Positions 1 through 13,047 of a stretch of 64,000 nt of DNA are shown in pieces. Under the pieces are notes generated by a model. It ran no database searches, had not been told where the DNA came from, and saw nothing but the letters and a program-made list of their open reading frames with translations. The DNA comes from Sphyrna mokarran. Lineage: Eukaryota. The stretch covers positions 48,670,001-48,734,000 of the forward strand of contig JAGIQG010000008.1 in NCBI GenBank assembly GCA_024679065.1. The letters run 5' to 3'. The stretch's first letter is position 1. Each line of letters opens with the position of its first letter. The translations under genes were made by a program, and so were the position numbers.

Positions 1-291
1 TCACTAATACGTATATTGAATTTAACACCAGTGTTCAAAGTTTGTAATAAGGAAATCCATGCTCTGAAGTCAGTTTTTTCTGAAAATGTGCACTTTGAAA
101 GGATGATCATACTTGCAATCTATAAAACAGTACATGCCATAATCTAAGTAACATCCCCATGTACTGAAATGAAATCCATGCAGAAAGAAGGGTTAAAAGG
201 AGAATAATCATGTATTTCTAATTTGTACTTCGGTCCCCTTGTGCATTCCACTATATTAAACTTCAATGAAAGGTTTTTTTATTTTCCTTAG

Positions 292-456
292 TGTTCAAAA
301 ACCTGTGGTGGTGGAATGAGAACACGGGAGGCATACTGCATGAACAATCTTGGCAGACATCTCGTTAACCAAGAGTGCAATGAGCATCAGAATGTCGTAT
401 CTCAGAGATGCAATGAATTTCCCTGCCCTGAATGGACAGCTAGTGAGTGGAGTGAA
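292..456 (+). CDS. ADAMTS20: ADAMTS20-like internal coding exon (TSP1 repeat), 165 bp
   Basis: Acceptor ttttccttag|, donor |gtgagt. Translates CSKTCGGGMRTREAYCMNNLGRHLVNQECNEHQNVVSQRCNEFPCPEWTASEWSE. The YCMNNxG and CNEFxCPxWxASEWSE motifs match ADAMTS20 as recalled. Confidence 0.92.
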
Positions 457-924
457 GTGAGTAAAGCTTTAAAGAGTTAATGGTACAACGCAGAAGACTG
501 AGCAAATGTCAGTGCTTGTACAAGGAACGCTTCTATCTATAAATCAATGTGCCAAGGGCTGTCGGGGCTGTGGAAGTGCTGTTGGGTTTGGGCCACCACA
601 CAATATCTAGACAATGTATCAAAGAGGGAGGAAATATCTGATTGTGACCTAATCAGGGGTGCCCTTCTATAAAGAGCAGCAGAAGCCAGGGAGCTTGGAG
701 TTTGCTTGCTCCCCAGGCTGAGTGATACCACATAACTTTTGGAAAAACTAAAAAGCAGTCATAATTATTACTATTTTTTAAATGCACAGGCACCATCCAA
801 ATGAGTTTGATACTTCCTCAAATTATTCATGCAATTTTAAAATATGAACGGCCATATTATTGATGTACGTAGTTATTTTATGAAGAAAATTGGCATAAAA
901 ATTGTATTGCAAGAAACAGCAGTA

Positions 925-1385
925 GGGACACAGGAAATGGAGTAGATCATTTCTGCAGTTTCCACCACCATCCAGTTACATCACGGTTGATTATCATAAT
1001 TTTATTTTGTTACTTTGGCCCTGTAACCACTTGAGATCTTTATCCAAACATCATCTCAGTCTTTAAAATCAGTGTTGATCAACCATCTACATCCTTATGG
1101 GGTGATAGTTCCAGATTCCTCCGCACCTCCCCTCCTCCTTTGTGTGAAGTTTATGCTTCACTCCTGAGGAGCACAGTTTAATTTTAAGTTTCTTATTCTG
1201 GGAAATTCGGATTCTTTGAATCCATTATATTGAATTCTATTATCATTTTAAATATTTTGATTGAATCATGCTCAAGCTTCTAAACATAATAAAAATACAA
1301 ACCATCTTCATGCAATCTGTTGACAGAACTGAATGTTTTAAGTTCACTATTGTTCCAGTGATCATGTGCTGTATACCTTCCAATG
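925..1385 (-). mobile_element. Highly decayed CR1-type LINE 3' fragment
   Basis: Begins cacaggaaatggagtagatcat and resembles the minus-strand CR1 3' ends at 60357 and 62903 in this window. Confidence 0.5.
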
Positions 1386-2229
1386 TTTGATGCAGTTAGC
1401 TTCGATGTACACTTGGCACAGATAACTCTTGGGTACTGAGGCCTGTTATGTGCCCGCTGATTATCACATAATTGAGGAGGATCTAGGTCAGTGTAGTTCC
1501 ATACATCTGGCAGCCCCAAATTCACAAAAATAATGCTATTAGCTGATAGCTCCGTAATGCATGCTCAATACCTGAACCACCCTTCAATTGACTACTTAGA
1601 ATGAATGCTGCCTGGTGGGTTATTGCATCCGTGTTAACCAGGATCCTCTTTCTTTCAGGGGCAAGTAGTCCTATATTGACCCAGTAATTTATCCTTTGCT
1701 GCTGATATTATTGAAACAAATCAGACACTTTTAAATTTACAACATCCTGGAAGGATGCTTTTCAATCTGATGACTTTGCTGCAACCATATGAGCTCCCTG
1801 GTCACAGGACAGGACCTGAGGGACTGGCAGTTTATGAAGGGAGTTTGGCACTATATAAGTTTTTGCTTATCTCCATTTGCTCATTTCAGCACTATGGGCT
1901 GGGGTTGCTGTGATTTAAAAAAAAAATTTGATCTTTCATTATATTGTCAGGTAAGGTCAGCTCTGAGCACCAAAGTTGATAGCAGTAACCAAAGCACATT
2001 GGGCCTCCACCATTATAGCTTTACCCTATAGCCTTGCACCAATGAACCTGGAAATGCTTGAGTTGTGAAGCAAGGTCCTACAAACATCAATGAGATAATC
2101 AACCAGCTAATCAGTTTCCATGCTGTTGCCTGAAGAATAAATATTGGCCAGGGGTTACCTCCTCTTTGCATAGTGCCATTCCTTGTCCTTACCAGCTTTC
2201 GCTCAATAGCTGCACTTTACATCCAAGTC

Positions 2230-2420
2230 GGAAGGTTGTGATCTGAGTTGCATTCCAGATTCTTGCTATAATCTGGACTGACGCTTTGGTCCTGTACTGC
2301 TCTGTGCTGCAGTCTGAGATGTCATTTTCTAGATAGACCCCATCTGCACTCTCAGCGAGACATAAAAGATCCCATGGCACTAGTCACTGAAGTTCATCCT
2401 AGGACCTTCTGATCTAAATA
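2230..2420 (+). mobile_element. Deu-domain SINE fragment (SacSINE1/AmnSINE-like)
   Basis: ccccatctgcactctcagcgagacataaaagatcccatggcacta matches the Deu core as recalled. Confidence 0.6.
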
Positions 2421-2908
2421 ACTTAGGTCTCAAGACAGTGGCGGATATAGGGAACCACTGCTTTCTTCACAATTTAGGAACGTCTTTTATTTTAAGCCAG
2501 TGGCTATGCTGGGAGGTGCCTGTCATTTAAACCTCCAGGGCTGCAGTTCAGTGGCAACCTGCATTTGATGTTTGATAGTCTTACTGTGCCTTTGTTTCAT
2601 AAAAGATGAAGGGAGTGATTCTGGAACGAAATGCATTATATATTCAGGACAGGTATTCCCTTGAGCATAAAAAATTAAAAGACATTCTGATTGAGATGTT
2701 TTTAAAAGGATGATTAAAATGGACCTGATCTCCTCTGGTGGAGAAAGTTCAACACAAAATATTAAAAGTTAGAGCTAGTCCATTTGGATGTTGTGAATGA
2801 CACTTTTTAATAAATGTAATTTCTTTCTTTCATTCTAATAAACAAATATATAAGCAATTACATTTAGGCTGAATTCAGCATTTGCTAAATCACCACATAT
2901 TATTTTAG

Positions 2909-3073
2909 TGTCTCGTAACATGTGGAAAGGGCACAAGACATCGGCAAGTATCGTGCTTACTGAATAATGAACCTCTGCGAGATGATTTTTGCAATCCCAG
3001 TACCAAACCAGAAGCTGCAGAAACCTGTGAACTACAGGAGTGTGCTTCATGGCAAGCTGGGCCATGGGGACAG
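2909..3073 (+). CDS. ADAMTS20: ADAMTS20-like coding exon (TSP1 repeat), 165 bp
   Basis: tattttag| ... cag|gtgagt. Translates [55 protein letters not shown], phase 0, in frame with the previous exon. Confidence 0.92.
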
Positions 3074-3822
3074 GTGAGTGTGGGTGTACAGCTTTCCATT
3101 TGATCACTATAGGTTTACGTGCCTGGGAACACACAGAGATCCAGGGTCAGGTGCTGACCATAACAGGGCTGCAGAGAGGCAAGAAACTGCTGCTGAAGCT
3201 CTGCATTTCCAAAGATCCACACTCCCAACAGATAGACCCACCATTCAATAGGGGAATGATGTCTGAACATGTTATGTTCAGGAGAATGATGCAATGTACT
3301 CGCACAAATTATGGCAAGCAATGCTTCTCACCAGGCAGATTGAAGAACTCCTTCCCTCCAGCAGAGCTAAAGTTTGCATTTGCTGTTATTTAAGAACAGA
3401 GTAGAGACAGTTCCCCTTGGAGATGGGGAGTGATGCTAGATCTCTGCTGTGTTAAGATAGCTTCAACATGGCATACTTGCAGATAGAGGTTTGGAACTAA
3501 GGAAATCAGCAGATGGCTGGAATCAATAATCCCTATATGTGAGTACAGACAATTATACAATTCTCTTCAGCAGTTTGTGACCTATGAACCAAACTGGATT
3601 ACTGCTAGAACTGGGAGGGGGAACAAGTGTCACTCTGGCACTGTGAATGTTTGGTTCTAGATAACTCTGCAATGTACGTGCCCTAAAGTCATAGAATATA
3701 ACATTTTTAAGTTATTTTGTTCACGTACATCTGGGGGAAAATAATTGGTCAAATAATTGAATGTACAGGAATGTATATTCATTGAAAGAAGACTAACATT
3801 CTATCCTGCTGATTTTCACTAG

Positions 3823-3942
3823 TGTGCTACTACCTGTGGTCATGGATATCAGATGCGTGCTGTGAGATGCGTTGTAGGGACTTACGGTGTAGTTATAGAT
3901 GACAGAGAGTGTAATGCTGCAACTCGTCCAAGAGATAGCCAG
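3823..3942 (+). CDS. ADAMTS20: ADAMTS20-like coding exon, 120 bp
   Basis: Branch-like gactaac at 3791, ttttcactag|, cag|gtaaat. Translates [40 protein letters not shown]. Confidence 0.92.
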
Positions 3943-4014
3943 GTAAATGGAAAATTCTTCCTTCCCCTTCATTACAATAAATTATATTAAGACAAACAAT
4001 AAATATTCTAAAAG

Positions 4015-4405
4015 GTCATGAATGTAGCCCAATCCATCATGCAAACAGCTTCCCATCCATTGACTCGGTCTACACTTCCCACTGTTTTGGCAAAGCAGCC
4101 AGCATAATTAAGGACCCTGGACATTCTCTCTTCATCTTCTTCCTTTGGGAGAAAGATACAAAAGTCTGAGAAAATGTAGCAACCGACTCAAGAACAGCTT
4201 CTTCCCTGCTGCTGTCATACTTTTGAATGGACTTACATTGCATTAAGTTGGTTTTTCTCTTCGCCCTAGCTATGACAGTAACACTACATTCTGCACTCTC
4301 TCATTTCCTTCTCTATGAATGGTGTGTTTTGTCGGTATGTCACACAAACAATATTTTTCACTGTATTTTAATACATATGACAATAATAAATCAAATCAAA
4401 ATATC
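4015..4405 (+). mobile_element. Rex1/Babar-like LINE 3' fragment
   Basis: Contains gcagccagcataattaaggaccc...accgactcaagaacagcttcttccctgctgc and ends in an aataaatcaaatcaaa tail. Confidence 0.7.
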
Positions 4406-4471
4406 ATTTCATTTCTTACCTTGAAAATTCTGCTAATACAACATTGAAATAGATTTTCAGCTTGCCATCTG

Positions 4472-4581
4472 CATTTTGTCAACATTTCTTATATAATGTC
4501 TTTTGAACTTGGCATCTTTGCATTGCAGGGATAAAATTTACAATCCAAAACTGGAGTCTTCTAAAACTACAGCCTAGCATT
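4472..4581 (+). repeat. Local direct repeat, copy 1 (copy 2 = 5271-5293 + 6305-6391)
   Basis: ttttgaacttggcatctttgcattgcagggataa...tacagcctagcatt occurs at both 4501 and 6311. Confidence 0.9.
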
Positions 4582-4691
4582 TGTGGATTGCCCCCTCTCC
4601 CCTATTCCCATTATAGAAACTACCCAATTTACATTCTGCACTGTACGGATTGAACTGGTTTTTTTTGTCTTTTTGACAAATTTCAATTCAG

Positions 4692-4799
4692 GACTGTGAG
4701 ATGCCTCCTTGTTTAGAGCCACCAACAATAGTCACGACTGCTAGTCCCACCATTCAGAGAGGGATGATGACCCAGTGGAGATTTGGATCCTGGACTCCA
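4692..4799 (+). CDS. ADAMTS20: ADAMTS20-like coding exon (TSR end + Pro/Thr linker), 108 bp
   Basis: aattcag| ... |gtaagt. Translates DCEMPPCLEPPTIVTTASPTIQRGMMTQWRFGSWTP. Confidence 0.92.
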
Positions 4800-5293
4800 G
4801 TAAGTGACTCTATTTTCAGAAGAAACTTTCTCTTTTCAAGCGGCAGAAAATTCAGACTCAAAAAAATTCTGCAGTTGCCTGCCTTGGGTGAAAGCTAAGA
4901 AGTTGAACGTGTCTGGCCTGATGTTGATGCGACTGTGCTGTTTAGTTTACGCCTGCATTTGTTTCTATCTAAGGGCGGAAAGTGAGTGATAATTAGGATA
5001 AACTTATATCGCCTTAGACCCAATGGAGGCAGTATTTGAAAGTTAAATACAAGGACGGAAGGCAGGCTGATCGCACAGGTGATGTGGGAGTCAGTGTGAT
5101 ACATCTAGTATCTCAGATCACTATAAAAATATACATTAATTCTATATGTCTCTGAAAAGGTGAAATGAGTGACAGCTGCTCCTTTTACCTACCGTGTAAA
5201 ATGGGGTATGAGGACAAACTTTTGTTGACTAAAGATGGATTTTGAAATTCCCGAGAATCTATTTCTTGCTCTTTGTCAACATATTTTTATAAT

Positions 5294-6304
5294 TCAAGGT
5301 GATTCTCTTCGCCTGTTGCGCTGCTTGAGGAGACACCAGCAGAGTCTATTTTCCAGGCCTCCCACTGAGTGCCCAGGTCTTTGGGCATCGCCCAGCCCAA
5401 GTTTTTGAGCATCACCAACTTTGTGTCAAAAATTGAAGCGGAATTGATTTATTTATTGAAATTGCTATTTACATTTCATTAATGTGTCTGGAATTGAAGT
5501 CTCCAGGCGCACTAGCATCACCCATCACCAACCCAGTCCCGTCCCTGCTAGGAGTGGTTTCCTCTAGCGGGGTTTACTACTGCTCCCTATTAACAGGGAA
5601 CAGACAGCCGACACCAGTAACAGAGACCATTGAGGCCCCCCAGGAGATGGGGGGGTAAGAGGGGTGCCCCCTGGCACTGCCCAAAGAGCAAACTGACACT
5701 CCACACTGGACATCAGGCAGTGCCAAGAGGGTGGGGACAGAGGGGAGGGGCCCTATTGGGCCGGGGTCTGATGGGTAACTGGTAAAGGTGGAGGGGCCCC
5801 ACTCCCACTCTGCCACCCTGCAAAAGGATTGTAGGGTAGAGGGAGGATGGCTAATGATCGAGTTGGCCACCCAGAGGATGGGGGGTGCTGTCAGAGCTGC
5901 CAGTACGATAGGAGATCACAGTTGAGGAGATTGGGGCTGGCCGGTGTTTGGGGGAGACTGGGGGGAAGATCGGAGTTGACTCAGAGAAGTCAGGAGGTGG
6001 GAGGATCGGAGGGGCAGCAATGGAGAGCTGTGGGGCTGGCCTGCGATTGAAAGGCTGGCAATTGGGGGCCAGTGCGCATGCAACAGATTGGCACATGCAT
6101 AGTGGCTTGCTCAGCACTATGCTTCAGGCCTCCTGGGGGTGGGGGTGAATTTCCGTCAATTTCCACTCCTTGATTTTTAGTGTGGATCTTGCTCGGCCAC
6201 TTGTAATGCTAAGAGTGTGGGAGATTCATTCTGAAAATGCTGCTAAAAAAACCAGAGCAAGTTATCACACAAATTTTGGAATTTTTTTGGGGAGAATCCC
6301 AGCC
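5294..6304 (-). mobile_element. GC-rich non-autonomous DNA transposon (MITE-like, probably PIF/Harbinger)
   Basis: Ends gggagaatcccagcc, flanked by AAT/AAT. Reverse-complement relative of 46643-47500. Interrupts the duplicated segment. Confidence 0.7.
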
Positions 6305-6699
6305 AATGCCTTTTGAACTTGGCATCTTTGCATTGCAGGGATAACATTTACAATCTGAAGCTGGATTCTTCTAAAATTACAGCCTAGCATTCAACTTTTA
6401 GAAGTTAGTAAATTAGGGTTCTCTTGAGGTGGGACAGTAAGTGGGGAGGGAGGAGTCTAAACATCAGGAAATTTGTAAACTCTTTGGTTCTCCACTCATT
6501 GGCAGATTGTATAGAATTTCCCATTTTAGAACCAATCGTCATTCTCTTTTATTTGGACTGTGCAGGATTACATCATTTGGAAAGTGAGAGCTAGTGATAT
6601 TATTGTTTTTTAATTTATTCATTTGTTTATTTATTTGTTCAGAGGATGTGAGCATCACTGTCTAGACCAGTATTTATTGCCCGCAAGTTTTGGAATGGT

Positions 6700-8090
6700 A
6701 GATAGAATGGTAAACTGGTAAATATGGAGTTCAGTGCAGTGACGTGCAAAGACATTCTCTTTGGGAGGACTAATGAGGAAAGGCAATATATCATAAATAG
6801 CACAACTTGAAAAGTGTAGATGAGCAGAGAAAACAGTGTCCAGATTGATCCTTAAAGGTAGCACGGCAAAACTCTTGAGATGGTTTAAAAAAAAGCATAC
6901 TAGTTGTTTGGGTTCATAAGCAGGAATATTGAAAATAAAGAAAATAGATTATACTATAACTTTATAAAGAATAACTGCAACTTTTATTTACATAGCACCT
7001 TTAATGTGCCAAGATGCTTCATAGGAGGGTATGAAACAAAATTTGACATTGAGCTGTTTAAGATGATATTAGGTTTGAAAGAATTCCATGAAGGAGCACA
7101 CTCCAAAGCTTGGGAATATAGGGTGAAGGATCTGCCATTAAAAAAGTGGAACAATTAAAATCGGGGAGGCTTAAGGGGATCTAGGTACCTCAGAGGGTTG
7201 TGAGATTGGAGAGGGTTGCCGAGATGGAGAGGGATAAGGCCATAAAGAGATTTGAAAATAAGGCTGAGAATTTTCAAAGTGAGGTATTACTTAACCCAGG
7301 GCTAACGTAGGTCAACGAGCAAAAGGGTGAAGGATGAACAGAGCTTGTTACAGGTAAAGACTGGAGCAACAGAGTGGCCAAGTTTATAGAGGTTGAATGT
7401 GGGAGATCAGCCAGGAGTGCAAGTTGGAATGAGTCTGGAGGGAACAAAGGCACTGATGAGGCTTTGAGCAGCAGAAGTGCTGAGGCACAGCAGAGTCTTC
7501 AGAAGCTCATCTTAGATCAGGAAGAACGTTAGCATTAGAACCAATCTGGTTGATCTTCAGATAGCCAGAGATGAAGTCAGTAGCTGACAAATATTATGGA
7601 CTATACTGGGCAGAATGCTTCAGTAAATGTCCTGAAAAGCGTAAAGAGTAGGCTTACCAGAATGTTATCAGGGATGAGGGAGGTTGGGGGAAAAAACTCC
7701 ACTTGTTCTCCTTGGAATGGAGGACATTAGGAGATGACATAATAAATGTTTTCAAGATGATGAGCACTTTTGTAGAAAAGATAGAAAGAAATTATCTGTG
7801 GAGTGTCGGTCAGTAATCAAAGGAAATAAATCTAAAACTATTGGCACAAGATTAAGAGGGGAGATGAGAATTTCTTTTCACAAACGATATGGTCAGGATC
7901 TTGACCACTCTGAAAAGTGGTGAAAACTGATTCGACGAATCATTTTAAAAGAAAGCTGGACAGATGCTTGAGAATGTGATATTTACAGGATTAGGGACAA
8001 AAGGTAGGCACATGAAATGAAGCATAAGTGCACTTCCAAAGAGCCAGCTTAAAACAATGGGTTGAGTAGCTTCTCGCCATGCTGTAATTC
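6700..8090 (+). mobile_element. Decayed CR1 LINE 3' part, interrupted by an L2-like fragment
   Basis: Remnant FGFISRNIENK...YYNF and a CR1-like 3' end; the element resumes at about 7590. Confidence 0.65.
6972..7590 (-). mobile_element. L2-like LINE 3' fragment nested in CR1
   Basis: atttacatagcacctttaatg...gagatttgaaaataaggctgagaatttt resembles shark L2 3' ends as recalled. Confidence 0.55.
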
Positions 8091-8481
8091 ATAATGAGTA
8101 TATGTATATGACACACTGAGACTGTCAGGAAGTTCCTGATTTACTGTCCCATGCCATCAATCTCAGGCAGTTAAATTGGAAATTCAAGCAAGTCCTGGTC
8201 TCATGTTGTGAAGGGGCTTTTGCAATTCTGTTTCCATTGAAGACTTTGGGAATTGATTTCAGTCCTCACCTCTTTGGCATTTGGCTGATGAGGACTAAGA
8301 GTGAAGAAACGATGCCAAGGACACCCAGTTACATCTCTGTCAATGAAAATGCACTAATTTAAGATGTAGTGTTCTTTTCTTGGATTTTCCTCATTTCTCT
8401 TACATGATTGAAAATGTTGAAAGTAACTTTAAGGCTGAAATGATTTGTGTCTTAAACCTTGGCAACCTGTTGTTGTTGCAG

Positions 8482-8646
8482 TGTTCTGTTACCTGTGGGG
8501 AAGGAGCGCGGGCTCGATATGTCAGCTGCAGAGATGCTCAGGGTGGCATTGCCGATGAATCGTTCTGTGCTCACTTACCTCGTCCTCCTGAGGCATCAGC
8601 GTGCTTCAGTCCCTGTGGACAATGGCATGCTGGGGAGTGGTCATCT
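8482..8646 (+). CDS. ADAMTS20: ADAMTS20-like coding exon (TSP1 repeat), 165 bp
   Basis: ttgttgcag| ... |gtaagt. Translates [64 protein letters not shown]..IADESxCAHLPRP is ADAMTS20-like. Confidence 0.93.
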
Positions 8647-9534
8647 GTAAGTGATCCAGCTTCGGATGTTAGAGAGCATTATTGGAAAGCCTGTAAGATA
8701 TTTTATTGTGGGTTGTCAAAGCATAAGTGACTGATAATTAAAGGTACGATTCCACTTTGCCATGCGGAGACTTTGTTCACATTGAATGTTGGTCAGAGAA
8801 TGAGGCAGATGATGTCACTATCATTGACACTGTTTTCTCAGCTGAATATATGCAGTCATTCCTGATGGTTATTCTTTCCTCAATGTTGCCTTTTATGCTA
8901 ACAGTTATAGAGGAAAGTTCACCACATGTCAAGAAGTGATATAACACTTCTGATTTCAGGTGCCAGCTCTTCCTCTTCGTTGACAAATCTATTGATGTGC
9001 TATGATTCAGGACAATATTGTGAATTATTGTGCCAAATTTGTTTACCATTGCCTCCCAACTTTCTTCCCTTTTTTTTCCCTGCTTCTGAATATGCTAGAA
9101 TGAATTTTGCTAGGGTTTGGTTCCTCTACCCTCTGTTCAATTGATCATTCTCTATCTCTGGGGTTAGGAGATGACAACAACGAGCTATTTGATCTCCGAA
9201 GGCATTACAAATGAGTACTGTTGTACCCAGACAGCATGGGCACATACTGTGGCAGCAGTTTCTGGGCAGCGTTCAAAAGTAGAAACCCTGGGTGAATGTT
9301 ATTCTTTATGGCATTGACACCATTTGTAACACCCTAAAGAGTCTGGCTAATTCAGTCTGTACAGAGGACAGGACCTCTGATCTTCCGTGTATGGCTTAGG
9401 ATAGAATCTTAAGCATAGGAGGAAACTATTTAGTCCATCCTGCTAACTTAGCTGCTGGCTCTATGAATGAGCTACCAATTAGTCCCACTTCACCCACTTC
9501 TCCCTTTCATATAGATATCCAATGCCCTTTTCTA

Positions 9535-11270
9535 CCATATACAAGAAGGGAACTAGACTGAAATTTGGGAACTATACACCACTCAATTTCACATCAGTGA
9601 TTAAAAAAAAGCTGGAAGTTTCTTATTTAAAATTCTTATATAGGATGCCAGGCCAGCATTTATTGCTCATTCCTAATTGCCCTTGGACAGAATGGCTTAC
9701 TGGACCATTTCAGAGGACATTTAAGCAGCAACCCCATTGCTGTGGGTCTGAAATCACAGGTAGGCCAGACTAGATAAGGATGGCAGATTTCCTTCCCTAA
9801 AGGATATTAGTGAAGCAGATAGGTTTTTACAACAAACAACAATAGTTTCATTGTCATCATTGGAGTTTCAATTCCAGATTTTTATTGAATTCAAATTTCA
9901 ACCTCTGACATGACAGGATTTGAACTCAGGTCCCCAGAACATTTCACAAGGTTACTGAATTACTGGACAAGTGACTTTGCCACTATAGAGGAACATTTAG
10001 AGGCAAATCATAAGATTAAAAAAAAGTCAACATATTATTCCCAAAGTCTAACTCACCCTTAACATATCAAGTAAAATTCTTTGGAGAAGCAGCAGAAAAA
10101 AAAGACATGGATAATGTTAGATTTTTGGTAAACTCAGGGTAAAGGTGGAGTCAGAGGGCAAAGAATTTAATAGACAGCAAAACCAGCTGCTGTCTGAATT
10201 AGAATTATAAAGTGGAGAAGCAGAGTAAAGGGTAGTTTTGGAGGAAAGTAGAAAGTGATATTTCACAAGAATCAGTGCTGGAACTGCTGTTACTCAAAAC
10301 TTACTCAAATGTTTTGGATTTAGGAATAAGCAACTCAATATCAAAATTTGCAGATGATGCCAATAAACTGGGGATCAGACCTAACATTGAAGAAGAATGC
10401 AACACAATAAAAAAGGACATTAGTAAATCATCAGTCTGCAGAATTAAGTGACAAATAACCTTTAACATAAATGAATGTGAGGTGATACTCTTTAGAAGGG
10501 AAAAAACAGAAACATCACCTATATTTCAGGAAATAAGAAACTAAACGGGGTGGAAGAACAAAGTCCTAGAGAGATAGATGAATAAATCATTAAACGCCAT
10601 GCAATAGTCTGTTGACTTCGGGCATGACTTTCTAGTCTTGGGGCAAATGTGGCCGGAAAATCCTGTGCAGTATCTCAAGTCAGTAAATAAATTTAACAAA
10701 TCACTAAAAATTTATTTAAAAAGGTATTGATTTCAAAACTAGTAAATCAGTGTTAAACTTGTATCAGATCTTGGTCATATCCATTGAATATACTTGCAAT
10801 GTTCCTGCCCAGATCCTATAAAAAAGACATCAAAGCCATGGATAAAGTGCAAGAACAATTTACAAGAATGGTTACCAGAGCTAAATGATTGCAGCTATTG
10901 GGGAAGATTGAATGAGTTGGGCTTTTACTTATAAGAAAGAGAAGGCACGGTAGAGTCCTAATAGAAGGTTTGAATGGGTTGGACATGTTTGATAAGGGCT
11001 GAGACTTTTACTACTTGTGGGAGAATCCAAATCCAGGGACCATAAATAAAGATAATTATAAATAAATTCAGTGTGGAAATGAGGGGATATTTCTTCACTC
11101 AGAGGATAGTTAGAACATGGTTGAAGAAGAGTTAGATGTTTTCAGATGGAAACTAGACAAGTACAAAAGAGTAGAGGGAATAGTAAAATATGTTAAGAAA
11201 CTGAGATTGAGGCAGATGGAATTGAAGGCGGCTCTTCTGGAGTCCACAGAATGGACCATTGCTCTGTGTA
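9535..11270 (+). mobile_element. Decayed CR1 LINE ORF2 RT fragment
   Basis: YKKGTRLKFGNYTPLNFTSV (cf. FKKG..GNYRPVSLTSV); aaatttgcagatgat (KFADD) near 10345; many stops. Confidence 0.75.
9640..9985 (-). mobile_element. tRNA-derived SINE inserted in CR1
   Basis: B-box complement ggatttgaactc near 9916; ccagcatttattgc tail; related to 37380-37715. Confidence 0.65.
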
Positions 11271-11342
11271 ATTATGAAATTTACTGTAGAATCTGCTTCC
11301 ATCATCCCTGCAGTGCATTTCAGATCAAAACATGTGAAGCAC

Positions 11343-11585
11343 NNNNNNNNNNNNNNNNNNNNNNNNNNNNNNNNNNNNNNNNNNNNNNNNNNNNNNNNNN
11401 NNNNNNNNNNNNNNNNNNNNNNNNNNNNNNNNNNNNNNNNNNNNNNNNNNNNNNNNNNNNNNNNNNNNNNNNNNNNNNNNNNNNNNNNNNNNNNNNNNNN
11501 NNNNNNNNNNNNNNNNNNNNNNNNNNNNNNNNNNNNNNNNNNNNNNNNNNNNNNNNNNNNNNNNNNNNNNNNNNNNNNNNNNNNN
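11343..11585. other. Assembly gap (N run)
   Basis: Continuous N run ending 68 bp before the exon at 11654. Confidence 1.
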
Positions 11586-11653
11586 TAATAGGAGCTAATC
11601 TTGCTTTAATGCATTAACATTGATTATTTCTTCTTTGTTTCATTTACCCGCAG

Positions 11654-11947
11654 TGTTCTGTCAGCTGTGGTTCTGGGAGGGTAACCCGTCAGGTTGTGTG
11701 CACTAGCTATCACCATCAAATTATAGAAGAGAGTGATTGCAATGCCATGGAGAAGCCATCTCAGGAGCAAGAATGCAGTATGCCTTCGTGCCCCCGCACA
11801 TATCACCAGCACGACTACCCTGCGCACTTCCCACAGCATGACTATCCACAGCCCCATGCAGATTATCCCTCCCAGGATGTGACCGGTCAGAATGTATGGA
11901 ACAGCCCATCTAGGGGGAGTCAATGGAGGACAGGACCTTGGGGAGCA
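11654..11947 (+). CDS. ADAMTS20: ADAMTS20-like coding exon (TSR + second linker), 294 bp
   Basis: tttacccgcag| ... |gtaagt. Translates CSVSCGSGRVTRQVVCTSYHHQIIEESDCNAMEKPSQEQECSMPSCP...RGSQWRTGPWGA. Confidence 0.92.
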
Positions 11948-13047
11948 GTAAGTGATGTGCATGGCTAAAAGACATTTTGTTGAACAGAGTTGATCATTAG
12001 TTCTTTATCTTTTTTAAGGTGTATATTTCAGAAAAACTGAACATTTCAAAACTGAGGCCAATAGATTTTTGTTAGGGAAGGCTATTAAGGTTTACAAAAA
12101 TAAGGTGGTAAACAGAGTTAAGATATCGATCAGCCATGATCTAATTTAGTGGCGTAACATCTCAATGGCAAGCCCCTGTTTCAATGTAAACACAGTGCTG
12201 CAAGAAGCAAATGATAATGAGTTCTCAAATTATAAAGTAATCGCCAAAACTGGATGAACACAAAATTGTCAGGTGCTGCTTTTTCACTTACAATATTGAA
12301 TTTTTCTAAAAACATTTAGAGAAAGCATATAAGAGCTGTCTTCTATCTAGAGATAGAGTCATAGAAAGTAAGAACAGTGGGAAGGATATTGTACCTTCTC
12401 TGAGAGCTCTTGACCTATTCTGAACATTTCATTCACAGCTCCAGGATTGGACCTTTTGTCACCTGTCCCTAATAACTCTTCATGTGACTTGAATTCAATG
12501 TTTATTTGATAATGTTCCTGTAAAGTGCCGTGGATATTTTACTATTTTAAAGGCATTATGTAAATACTAGTTATTGCATTGTTGTCCGTTCTTTGCCCAA
12601 TCTGCCAGTTGACTAAAGAGTTCGTAAAGATGATAAAGCATAGTCAATCTTTACCTTTCAAGACCACTTTATAATGAACCAACTAATACTGAGTAATGTG
12701 TTGACATCAAAAGATAATTTTTTGACTTCATACTAATTGTGAGAAGCCTCACTTGGTGTTCCACATGTCCAGGAATCAGTGTGCTGCCATACTAGTTTTG
12801 AGTGGAAAATCATGTCGTGTATGCCATATTTCCATGATGCACAGGTCTGCAGATTTGTGTTCCCTCCATCAGCCAAAAACACGAAAACCACATCCTTATT
12901 GTTCTGAAAATTGTCTATGTGTGGGTCAGGAATCTGAAGTTCATATGGAGTAAGAATCCATTTGATCTTGTTGTTTTGTCAAAAGATTTGAAACCGTAAA
13001 CTTAAGTGGTTTTCCGGAGTTGCTCATTGACAAACAAAATATTTCAG

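Noticed and set aside
505-770. Promoter- or LTR-like segment with tataaag
   Set aside because: No TSD or defined ends; a TATA-like word alone is insufficient.
11343-11585. Possible exon hidden in the gap
   Set aside because: The flanking exons join in frame as a continuous TSR (GEWSS|CSVSCG), so no exon is needed.
11117-11617. 166-aa and 109-aa ORFs
   Set aside because: Artefacts of reading through the N gap from a CR1 remnant.
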